Below, in pieces: positions 24,889 to 32,000 of a stretch of 32,000 nt of DNA. Numbering within the stretch: position 1 is the first letter of the stretch; the number at the start of each line of letters is the position of its first letter. Position numbers and translations under genes: made by a program. The notes below the pieces were generated by a model that was not told the DNA's origin, ran no database searches, and worked only from the letters and a program-made list of their open reading frames with translations. The DNA is from Paenibacillus tyrfis (GTDB taxonomy: Bacteria; Bacillota; Bacilli; Paenibacillales; NBRC-103111), in NCBI RefSeq assembly GCF_024158745.1, contig NZ_JAMZAW010000016.1:148191-180190 (forward strand), in the 5' to 3' direction.

Positions 24889-24930
24889 AAAAAAAGGCCC
24901 AAGCTGCGCTTTCCTAAGCGCACTTGGACC
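24889..24930 (-). terminator. Intrinsic terminator of the GGDEF-EAL/ThDP/CMD cluster.
   Basis: On the minus strand GGTCCAAGTGCGC pairs with GCGCAGCTTGGGCC, followed by a U-run (forward-strand A-run at 24889-24895). Confidence 0.7.
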
Positions 24931-24939
24931 GTTAGCATT

Positions 24940-25350
24940 CTACGCCGTAACCGGCGTAATGTTCCGTGCTTTGAATACTTCACTGACCACATTCAAGGCT
25001 CCGCATGCTTTCGGGAACCCGGCGTAGCCTGCGCAGTGCAGGACGATCTCCAAAATTTCCTCCGGCGTCAAGCCGACGTTCAGCGCCGCATGCACATGGA
25101 ACGGCAGCTGCTCCGTCGCCCCCTGCGTGATGAGCGAGGTGATCGTAATGATCTCCCGCTGCTTCAGGTCCAGCGTTTTGCGCGAATACAAATCGCCGAA
25201 TCCGAAGGACACGATCTGATGCGCCATATCCGGAAAAAAAGCGCCGATATTCCCGATCGTCTGCGCTCCTTCCTCTCCGACCATCTCCACTAACGTCTTC
25301 ATGCCCCGTTCATACCGCTCGGCATTCGTTAATCGGTCTTCACTTCCCAT
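24940..25350 (-). CDS. Carboxymuconolactone decarboxylase (CMD/AhpD-like) family protein.
   Basis: ERYERGMKTL...GDLYSRKTLDLKQREIITITSLITQG...EILEIVLHCAGYAGFPKA. I preferred ATG 25350 (AGAGGTGA SD) to the GTG at 25359. Confidence 0.85.
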   Translation of the reverse strand: MGSEDRLTNAERYERGMKTLVEMVGEEGAQTIGNIGAFFPDMAHQIVSFGFGDLYSRKTLDLKQREIITITSLITQGATEQLPFHVHAALNVGLTPEEILEIVLHCAGYAGFPKACGALNVVSEVFKARNITPVTA

Positions 25351-25389
25351 CGTGCTCACCTCTGCTTATATATTCATAACCCTCTCCGG

Positions 25390-27036
25390 TTACCCGCGCG
25401 CCATCGTCGGCGGAATTTCCAGCGGGTCGGCCATCACTTCGATCACGGCCGTACGCCTCATCGCCAGCGCCTGCTTCACCGCAGCGTACAGCTCCGCTTC
25501 GGTCGAGCAGCGGAACGCCTCCGCTCCCATCGCTTCCCCGAACTTGGCGGCGTGCACCGGCACCGTGTAATTCGTTCCGATCGCACGGCCCAGATGCCGA
25601 GCCATCCCTTTCTCCACCATATCCAGACTGCCGTTGTTCATCACAACGAAAATGACCGGAGCGCCGGCATTCACCGCCGTCGATATTTCCGTGCCGTTCA
25701 TGAATAGACATCCGTCCCCGGTCAGGCAGACGATCGTCTTGTCCGGCTCCGCGAGCTGGGCGCCGACGGCATATCCGATGGCGCGGCCCATCGTCGCGTA
25801 CACTTCTTCGAAGTAGAACGTCCCCGGCACTTCGATATCCAAGTGCTTCACCGCATAAAAGGAATGGCTGCCCGCATCGCCGTACACCACGGCCTCCTTC
25901 GGCAGCGCCGACCGCAGGACGCGCATCGTCTGCCGGCCGGTCAGCCAGCGGCTCTCCGCCGGCTCCTCCGCTTCGACGACCGGTTCCGACGCGGCTGCAA
26001 CCTCGGCATAAGAGCTTGTAAGCTGTACCCGACGGCCATCCGTCAAGCGCAGCAGTTCTTGAAGATTGCGCTTCAAGTCCCCGAGCACCGGAAGCACCGG
26101 CACGGGTACCGCTTTGCCGATAAACGTCGGCTCGTAGTCGAAATGAATCATCCGCTGCGGGTACATGTCCGGCGTCAGTCCGGGCAGCTCCAAATCGCTG
26201 AGCTGGCTGCCCACGACAATCATTACGTCGACGCCATCGCTCATATAGGCTTTGGACGTCTCGTTGCCGCCAAGACCAAACGGTCCGAGCGACAGCGGAT
26301 GTCCGGATACGAACGTGCCCTTGCCTCCCGGCATCGTCATCACGGGAATGCTCCATCGTTCGGCCAGCTGCCGGAGCTCTTCGTAAGCCCGGCAAGCGTG
26401 CACGCCGCCGCCCACGAACAGCACCGGACGCCTTGCCATATCGAGCCATTCGATCACTTGATCAAGGTTAGCAGAAAAAACCGCCGGATAATGCGTCGGC
26501 AGCGGAATTAGAAAAGGTCGGACTTCCTCTGTCAGAACGTCCAAGGGGATGGAGAGATGGACGGGGCCTTTCACCCCGGTGCAGGCTTGTTCGATCGCAT
26601 GGCGCAAGTACGTCTCCAGCAGCTCGCCGCGCTCGATGCGCGCGCTGAATTTCGTCACCGGCTCGAACATCTTGACGAGGTCGGTGCCGAACAGCGTGCT
26701 GTCCTGCCCGAGCACCTTGCCGATCTCTTTGATCGGCGGCTGCCCGGTCAAGAACAGGACGGGCACGCCCGTCGCCTTCGCTTGTCCCGCGGCGGTCAGC
26801 ATGTTGACGCCGCCCGGCCCCGCCGTGCCCAGCGCCGCGCCAAGCCGCCCGCCTTCGAAGGCGTAGCCCGCCGCTGCGAACCCTGCGCCGCCTTCATGCT
26901 TGCTCAGCACGAAGGCGATGCCCTGCCGGTCCATCTCCATGACCAGAGGCGTCACCGGCTTACCTGGGATGCCGAATACATGGGTAACGCCCCATCGAAT
27001 CAAATGCTCCACTAATAATTGAGCCACAGTTTTCAT
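25390..27036 (-). CDS. Thiamine-diphosphate-dependent enzyme (acetolactate synthase large-subunit-like).
   Basis: N-terminal GVTHVFGIPG, a GPGGVNML motif, and the ThDP motif GDGCLFMNGTEISTAVNAGAPVIFVVMNNG. I moved the start from 27162 to ATG 27036 (AAGGGGA SD). Confidence 0.9.
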   Translation of the reverse strand: MKTVAQLLVEHLIRWGVTHVFGIPGKPVTPLVMEMDRQGIAFVLSKHEGGAGFAAAGYAFEGGRLGAALGTAGPGGVNMLTAAGQAKATGVPVLFLTGQPPIKEIGKVLGQDSTLFGTDLVKMFEPVTKFSARIERGELLETYLRHAIEQACTGVKGPVHLSIPLDVLTEEVRPFLIPLPTHYPAVFSANLDQVIEWLDMARRPVLFVGGGVHACRAYEELRQLAERWSIPVMTMPGGKGTFVSGHPLSLGPFGLGGNETSKAYMSDGVDVMIVVGSQLSDLELPGLTPDMYPQRMIHFDYEPTFIGKAVPVPVLPVLGDLKRNLQELLRLTDGRRVQLTSSYAEVAAASEPVVEAEEPAESRWLTGRQTMRVLRSALPKEAVVYGDAGSHSFYAVKHLDIEVPGTFYFEEVYATMGRAIGYAVGAQLAEPDKTIVCLTGDGCLFMNGTEISTAVNAGAPVIFVVMNNGSLDMVEKGMARHLGRAIGTNYTVPVHAAKFGEAMGAEAFRCSTEAELYAAVKQALAMRRTAVIEVMADPLEIPPTMARG

Positions 27037-27059
27037 GGTGATCCCCTTTTTTGAAGACA

Positions 27060-29312
27060 TCAATATTTTCTTTTGACCTTTTCCTGCAGCTCCTGAAAAT
27101 GCAGCTCGAACTTCTCTGCCGGGATCGGCTCGCTGAAGTAGTACCCTTGCACTTCGTTGCATTTTTGGTACTGCAGGAAACGGAGCTGGTCTTTCTCTTC
27201 GACGCCTTCCGCAATAACCTCCAGCCCCAGATTGTGCGCCATCGCGATGATGGTGCCGACGATGTCCGAATCGTGGGAATTCGTCATAATATCCCGCACG
27301 AACGATTGGTCGATCTTCAGGCGGTCGATCGAAAACTTTTTCAAATAATTGAGCGAGCTGTACCCCGTTCCGAAATCGTCGATGCTGATCTGGACCCCGA
27401 GACTATGAAGCTGGCGCAGCGTCGGGATCGTATGCTCCACATCCATCGTCATCGTTTCGGTAATTTCCAGCTCAAGGAATTTCGGCTCAAGCCCGGTCTC
27501 CTCCAAAATGCTTTTGACCGTCTCGGCCAGATATTCTTTGGAAAATTGCTGGGAGGACAAGTTCACGGCGACGCGCATCGGCGGCAGTCCTTTTTCCTGC
27601 CAGCTCTTGTTCTGCATGCAAGCGGTGCGCAGCACCCATTGATCCATCTGGATAATCAGTCCGGTTTCTTCGGCTAATGGAATGAATTCATACGGAGACA
27701 CAAGCCCGCGCTCGGGGTGCATCCAGCGGATCAACGCCTCGGCACCCTTGATATCCCCGGTTTTGATATCGATTTGCGGCTGGTAATACAGCACGAATTC
27801 GTTATTGTCGATCGCGCGGCGCAGCGACGTTTCCATCTTGATCTTCTCGTGGGACTTCGTCTGCATGTCATCGGAATAAATGACATATTGATTTTTGCCG
27901 CGCTGCTTCGCCCGGTACATCGCCGTATCCGCATGAATCATCAGCATCTCGATGTCGAGACCGTCGTCCGGATAGAACGCGATGCCGATGCTGGCCGTAA
28001 TATGAAACTCGTACCCATTCATGTTGAACGGATGCTGGAACAGACTCAGAATGCGCTCGGCGCGATGGACGACCTGCTGCTCGTCCGTCACGATCGGAAA
28101 CAGGAACATAAATTCGTCGCCGCCCATGCGCGCCACCAGATCCGTCGCCTCAAGACTGCTCGTCAGCCGCTCGGCAATTTGCTTGAGCAGCAAATCTCCG
28201 TTGGAGTGCCCCAACGTGTCGTTGACCAGCTTGAAGCGGTCGAGATCCAGATACATAATGGCGATGCCGGACGGATGCAGCCCCCGCTTCGCCCGCTCCA
28301 GCAGAGGGACGAGCACTTGCTTGTAATACCTCCGGTTCGGCAGCTTGGTCAGATCGTCGTGATTGGCCAAATAATTGTATTTTTCCTCCGCCTCGTACCG
28401 GTCGGTAATGTTCCGGAACTGGCCGAAGGCGCCGATGAGCCCTTTGTACTCGTCATAGATCGGAAACGCGTCGAACAGGCACACCGTGCGCGTTCCGCTT
28501 CCCTTACGCTCGAAGCTGATTTGAATATCTTCGTACTTTTTCCCGTGGCGGATCACATCATAGATGTATTGCCCCATGGGTTCAAGAAACAGCACCGACC
28601 TCCCCAGCGTTTGCTCTTTGGACAGACCTGTAAGATCTTGAGCAAAATGATTAAAATCCGTAATTTCCCCCTCTTTATCGGTGATAATGATGCCGTTTCG
28701 CGTGTTGTCCATCAATATCTGATTCATAATGTCCAGCTTGCGGTTCTGCTTCCGAAGCATCAACTCCCTCTCGATCGAGTCCACGGTGGTGGACAGCATG
28801 GTCACCATCAGCGGATTCTGGTATTCGAGCGCCGTCATAATGATGATGCTTCCGAGCAGGTTGTTGGCATCGGTATAATGAAAAGCTACGGCGTAGCAGG
28901 CGGTTTGATGCAGGTATTCGTGGTAATGATCGGGGCCGATCAATTGGATGGCGTAGCCGTTGTGCTTCAAAGAAAGGTTCACCACATTGGTGCCCATGAC
29001 TTCCTCGGAGAATTGAATGCCGGTGCGGATGCCGAGCTGATTGATCATGTTCTTGATGGTTTCATCCCCCATCATATGCAGGATGAATCCCCGTGCGTCG
29101 GCAACCGACAACAAGATCGGCGTGCCCTTCATCGAATCCAAGATTTTGTTTCCAAAAAACTGGACGACGGACAAGATTTCCTCGTAGTCCTGACGCTTGT
29201 CCTCCAGCTCTTTCGGCGTCATCACGACTTTGGGAAACGGAATCTCTTGCGGATTCATCCCCGCATGGTTACAAAACGACTTGGACTCCATAATGTAGTT
29301 ACTTAGCGACAT
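27060..29312 (-). CDS. GAF(AcoR-type)-PAS-GGDEF-EAL c-di-GMP signalling protein. Both catalytic motifs are intact.
   Basis: N-terminal AcoR-like GAF (FSEEVMGTNVVNLSL...GPDHYHEYLHQTACYAVAF), PAS, GGDEF (ARMGGDEFMF), and EAL (GAEALIRW, DDFGTGYSSL, KIDQSFV, QGYYFSEP). I moved the start to ATG 29312 (GAGGGTGGGGG SD). Confidence 0.9.
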   Translation of the reverse strand: MSLSNYIMESKSFCNHAGMNPQEIPFPKVVMTPKELEDKRQDYEEILSVVQFFGNKILDSMKGTPILLSVADARGFILHMMGDETIKNMINQLGIRTGIQFSEEVMGTNVVNLSLKHNGYAIQLIGPDHYHEYLHQTACYAVAFHYTDANNLLGSIIIMTALEYQNPLMVTMLSTTVDSIERELMLRKQNRKLDIMNQILMDNTRNGIIITDKEGEITDFNHFAQDLTGLSKEQTLGRSVLFLEPMGQYIYDVIRHGKKYEDIQISFERKGSGTRTVCLFDAFPIYDEYKGLIGAFGQFRNITDRYEAEEKYNYLANHDDLTKLPNRRYYKQVLVPLLERAKRGLHPSGIAIMYLDLDRFKLVNDTLGHSNGDLLLKQIAERLTSSLEATDLVARMGGDEFMFLFPIVTDEQQVVHRAERILSLFQHPFNMNGYEFHITASIGIAFYPDDGLDIEMLMIHADTAMYRAKQRGKNQYVIYSDDMQTKSHEKIKMETSLRRAIDNNEFVLYYQPQIDIKTGDIKGAEALIRWMHPERGLVSPYEFIPLAEETGLIIQMDQWVLRTACMQNKSWQEKGLPPMRVAVNLSSQQFSKEYLAETVKSILEETGLEPKFLELEITETMTMDVEHTIPTLRQLHSLGVQISIDDFGTGYSSLNYLKKFSIDRLKIDQSFVRDIMTNSHDSDIVGTIIAMAHNLGLEVIAEGVEEKDQLRFLQYQKCNEVQGYYFSEPIPAEKFELHFQELQEKVKRKY

Positions 29313-29465
29313 ACCCCCACCCTCTTCCAACGTGACATTAAGGAATGTGCGATCCCCTTGTAAAACGATAGGTATATAGTATACTTCGCCACAGGAGCGG
29401 CGATAGTGAATAGGGAAACCAACTTTCATGTCCGCTTTATTCTGATGGCGCGTTGAAGTGGCTTA

Positions 29466-29505
29466 GCGAAAGCGGAAGGTACGGCACCTCGCCGCTTGCC
29501 TTTTT
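29466..29505 (+). terminator. Orphan plus-strand terminator-like hairpin.
   Basis: GCGAAAGCGG...AGGT, loop ACGGC, ACCT...CCGCTTGC, followed by CTTTTTC. No annotated plus-strand gene lies upstream. Confidence 0.45.
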
Positions 29506-29547
29506 CGGGCTGGTTCTCGGTCTTGGCGGTGCGCGGGGGACTGCAAC

Positions 29548-29579
29548 AAAAAAACGGAGGCGTCATGTGCGTCTCCGTT
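29548..29579 (-). terminator. Strong intrinsic terminator, mainly on the minus strand.
   Basis: AACGGAGGCG (29553-62) pairs with CGTCTCCGTT (29570-79). On the minus strand it is followed by U7 (forward A-run 29548-29554). Confidence 0.75.
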
Positions 29580-29605
29580 TGTTAGCGTGCGATGATGTAC
29601 TTCTA

Positions 29606-29634
29606 TTGAATTGCATGCAGAACCATGCTAAAAT
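29606..29634 (+). promoter_or_regulatory. Probable sigmaA promoter of helD (extended -10).
   Basis: TTGAAT (29606-11), a 17-nt spacer, then TGC-TAAAAT (29626-34). Confidence 0.55.
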
Positions 29635-29688
29635 GGAGATTGGTCGCCACCTATATTGTGGTTCCACTCTTTAAATTTACCCACTATC

Positions 29689-29718
29689 ATAGTAACACAT
29701 GAATCGGCGATTTGTCAA
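29689..29718 (-). promoter_or_regulatory. Near-consensus minus-strand sigmaA promoter inside the helD 5' UTR.
   Basis: On the minus strand: TTGACA (29718-13), an 18-nt spacer ending in TGT, then TACTAT (29694-89). Confidence 0.55.
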
Positions 29719-29743
29719 ATCTTTTGAAAAAAGGGGCGGTAAC

Positions 29744-32000
29744 GTGGTTAACATGCAGCAAGTGTGGCAGGAAGAGCAGGAGCGGGTCGAACGGGTAACC
29801 CGGGACATCGGCAAGCGCATCGACACCCTCCAGCGGGAGGTCGGCGAGCTGAGGTCGGATATCGTCGATATCCGCAAGCATTTTTGGGACGATGTGACCG
29901 TCAACCTGGACGCTCCCGACGAAGTCGCGGAAACGTACGCAAGCTTGAAGCAGCAAGCGGAGGTGCTTACCGGCCGCGAGCACAGCCACCGGCACGCCCA
30001 GAAGCAACTGACAAAGCTGAAACGATTGCAGACGACCCCGTATTTCGGACGCATCGATTTTCTGGAGGACGGGGAGCGGCGCGCCGAAGCCGTGTACCTG
30101 GGCATCGGATCGTTCCTGGACGAGAGCGGCGAGCAGTTCCTGATCTACGACTGGCGCGCTCCCGTATCGAGCCTGTACTACGACTACCCGCCGGGACCGG
30201 CGCAGTATGAGACGCCCGGCGGCGTCATCTCCGGCGAGATGGAGCTGAAGCGGCAATATATTATTCGCGACGCGGTCATCCGCAGCTTGTTCGACACCGG
30301 CGTCACGATCGGCGACGAGCTGCTGCAGGAAGTGCTCGGCAAGCATTCGGACGCCCAGATGAAGAGCATCGTCGCCACGATTCAGAAGGAGCAGAACCGA
30401 ATCATCCGCAACGAGCGCAGCCGGCTGCTGATCGTGCAGGGCGCGGCGGGCAGCGGCAAAACGTCGGCCGCCCTGCAGCGGGTCGCGTACCTCCTGTACC
30501 GGTACCGGGAAACGCTGAGCGCGGAGCAGATCGTGCTCTTCTCGCCCAATCCGATGTTCAACAGCTACGTCTCTACCGTGCTGCCCGAGCTCGGAGAGGA
30601 AAACATGCAGCAGACGACGTTCCAGGAATATCTGGAGCACCGGCTCGGCGGCACGTTCCGTGTGGAAGACCCGTTCGAGCAAGCGGAATACACGCTGACG
30701 GCGGCCGGAGACCCCGGCTATGACGCGCGAATCGAAGGAATTTTGTTCAAAGCGGGCACTTCCTTCATGCATATGCTGGAGCGGTATGCAGAGCGGCTCG
30801 GCAGCGAAGGGCTGTTGTTCAAGGACGTGAGCTTCCGCGGGGAGCCTATCGTCGCGGGCGGACAGATCGCAGCCTATTTCTACAGCCTCGATCCGGCGCT
30901 GCCGATTCCGAACCGGATGATCCTGACCTCCGAATGGCTGCTGAAGGAGCTGAAGCGGCTGGGGCGGCGGGAGCGGTCCAAGCCGTGGGTCGAGGACGAG
31001 ATCGAGCTGCTCGACAAGGAAGCGTACCTGCAGGCCTACCATCAATTGCAGCGCAAAAAACAGTATGCCGAAGACACGTTCAACGACTTCCAGCGCGAGC
31101 AGGAGCTGCTGGCCGTCATGGTCGTCCAGGAACATTTCAAGCCGCTCCGCGTGAGCGCCAAGCGGCTCGAATTCATCGACATCCCCGCCGTGTACCGGCA
31201 GCTGTTCGCCGAGCCGGGACGCTTCGCGGACCTCACGCCCGAAGCCGGCCTGCCGCCGCATTGGGAGGACATATGCAAGCAGACGGCAGAGAAGCTGGAG
31301 CGCGGCGAACTGGCCAGTGAAGACGGGGCGCCGTATTTGTACTTGAAGGAGCGGATCGAGGGCTTCCAGACGAACAATACGATCCGTCACGTCTTCATCG
31401 ACGAAGGACAGGACTACACGCCGTTCCAATTCGCTTTCATCCGGCGGCTGTTCCCGCGCAGCAAAATGACCGTGCTCGGCGATTGGAACCAAGCCATCTA
31501 TGCGCATGCCTCCGCCAATACGGACGGCTTCGCGCCGCTGACTTCGCTGTACGGGACGGAGCATACGGAGACGAACGTGCTGACGCGAAGCTATCGCTCG
31601 ACACGGGAGATCGTCGAGTTCACCCGCGGCCTGCTGGCGGACGGCACGGCCATCGAGCCGTTCAACCGCGGCGGCAGCCTGCCGGTCGTTACGGAAGCGG
31701 CAGATCGGGCCGATCTGAGCGCCAAGGTCGCCGGGCGCATCCGGGCCCTGCTGGCGGACGGCCACAAGACGATCGGCGTCATCTGCAAGACGGCGTCGGA
31801 GAGCCGGGAAGCATGCGACGCGCTGCAAGCCGCAGGGGTCCCGCTTCGCCTCGTCGGGACGGAGACGGCCTCCTTCGAGCCCGGCGTGCTAGTGATCCCG
31901 TCGTACTTGGCCAAGGGTGTCGAGTTCGACGCGGTCGTCATCTACAACGCCTCGATGGAGCAATACGGCCGGGAAGCCGAACGCAAGCTGTTCTACACGG
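29744..32000 (+). CDS. helD: HelD (helicase IV-like, RNA-polymerase-associated UvrD-family ATPase). The 3' end is outside the window.
   Basis: By hand translation it reads (V)VNMQQVWQEEQERVERVTRDIGKRIDTLQ...TPYFGRIDF...LIYDWRAPVSSLYYD...LLIVQGAAGSGKTSAALQRVAYLLY...HVFIDEGQDYTPFQF...TRSYRST...ERKLFYT. The frame stays open to base 32000. It is absent from the ORF track because it has no stop codon. GTG 29744 lies 7 nt after AAGGGG, and ATG 29753 is an alternative start. Confidence 0.85.
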   Translation, partial: MVNMQQVWQEEQERVERVTRDIGKRIDTLQREVGELRSDIVDIRKHFWDDVTVNLDAPDEVAETYASLKQQAEVLTGREHSHRHAQKQLTKLKRLQTTPYFGRIDFLEDGERRAEAVYLGIGSFLDESGEQFLIYDWRAPVSSLYYDYPPGPAQYETPGGVISGEMELKRQYIIRDAVIRSLFDTGVTIGDELLQEVLGKHSDAQMKSIVATIQKEQNRIIRNERSRLLIVQGAAGSGKTSAALQRVAYLLYRYRETLSAEQIVLFSPNPMFNSYVSTVLPELGEENMQQTTFQEYLEHRLGGTFRVEDPFEQAEYTLTAAGDPGYDARIEGILFKAGTSFMHMLERYAERLGSEGLLFKDVSFRGEPIVAGGQIAAYFYSLDPALPIPNRMILTSEWLLKELKRLGRRERSKPWVEDEIELLDKEAYLQAYHQLQRKKQYAEDTFNDFQREQELLAVMVVQEHFKPLRVSAKRLEFIDIPAVYRQLFAEPGRFADLTPEAGLPPHWEDICKQTAEKLERGELASEDGAPYLYLKERIEGFQTNNTIRHVFIDEGQDYTPFQFAFIRRLFPRSKMTVLGDWNQAIYAHASANTDGFAPLTSLYGTEHTETNVLTRSYRSTREIVEFTRGLLADGTAIEPFNRGGSLPVVTEAADRADLSAKVAGRIRALLADGHKTIGVICKTASESREACDALQAAGVPLRLVGTETASFEPGVLVIPSYLAKGVEFDAVVIYNASMEQYGREAERKLFYT

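Larger units (their letters stand above)
29548..29682 (-). ncRNA. Predicted non-coding transcript of about 135 nt (a cis-antisense sRNA or a leader/attenuator). Family unknown.
   Basis: It is bracketed by the minus-strand promoter at 29689-29718 and the terminator at 29548-29579. It has no plausible ORF or SD. Internal hairpins are GUGG-AA-CCAC and GCAUG-GUUCUG-CAUGC. Confidence 0.45.

Noticed and set aside
25340-26449. 369-aa minus-strand ORF in another frame of the ThDP enzyme gene.
   Set aside because: It is an alternative-frame shadow. It is Arg/Gly-rich, whereas the overlapping frame carries the GDG-X-NN ThDP motif.
27717-29306. 529-aa plus-strand ORF (also 27051..27677).
   Set aside because: It is antisense to the GAF-PAS-GGDEF-EAL gene, whose catalytic motifs are all intact on the minus strand.
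29548-29682. Assigning the 135-nt RNA, or the 16885-17109 leader, to a known riboswitch class such as c-di-GMP-I/II, FMN, TPP, purine, preQ1, fluoride, ZTP or guanidine.
   Set aside because: Comparison with consensus cores recalled from memory showed no convincing match. A partial CCGACA...CUGG similarity to FMN elements in the 16.9-kb leader is not supported by the rest of the motif or by gene context. A covariance-model search is needed.
29687-31828. 713-aa ORF on the minus strand.
   Set aside because: It lies antisense to a clearly recognisable helD reading frame. Its composition is dominated by R/A/L/Q, it has no motifs, and it has no SD. This is a shadow ORF typical of high-GC DNA.

Overview
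The window looks like a high-GC Bacillales chromosome segment, probably from a Paenibacillus-like spore-former. Supporting signs are strong GGAGG-type Shine-Dalgarno sites, a GudB/RocG-type glutamate dehydrogenase, HelD and a YjcZ-like sporulation micro-ORF. All family calls come from motif recognition by eye, since I could not run BLAST, HMM or Rfam searches.

Most of the window is ordinary accessory and housekeeping content:
- an adaA-like/ogt pair
- two MFS transporters
- an RsgA GTPase
- a secreted DUF3298/stalk-domain protein
- a WYL regulator with a DinB-family gene
- a LysR regulator with a DHDPS-family gene
- a MocR regulator with an MFS gene
- gudB
- a UDG-superfamily gene
- a COG2509-like flavoprotein
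- an MCP
- a MarR regulator with a membrane protein and an NmrA-like reductase
- yeeE/yeeD
- a co-directional GAF-PAS-GGDEF-EAL / ThDP-enzyme / CMD cluster
- the 5' part of helD, which is missing from the ORF track because it runs off the window

Many long ORFs in the track are antisense or alternative-frame shadows typical of high-GC DNA.

Three places deserve a second look:
1. A low-GC islet at about 21.2-23.3 kb. A small XRE repressor gene lies divergent from a consensus sigmaA promoter, a perfect 14-bp palindrome, and a tightly coupled 80-aa + 237-aa operon with no domains I recognise. This is my best candidate for an undescribed TA-like or defence-like module.
2. The 431-bp GGDEF/EAL-helD intergenic region. 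It holds a near-consensus promoter and a strong terminator bracketing a non-coding transcript of about 135 nt, antisense to the helD promoter and 5' UTR. It also holds a second orphan promoter/micro-ORF/terminator unit.
3. An AT-rich gap at 6.6-7.3 kb with orphan bidirectional hairpins and two unlisted micro-ORFs.

I found no CRISPR array, tRNA, rRNA, transposase or integrase.
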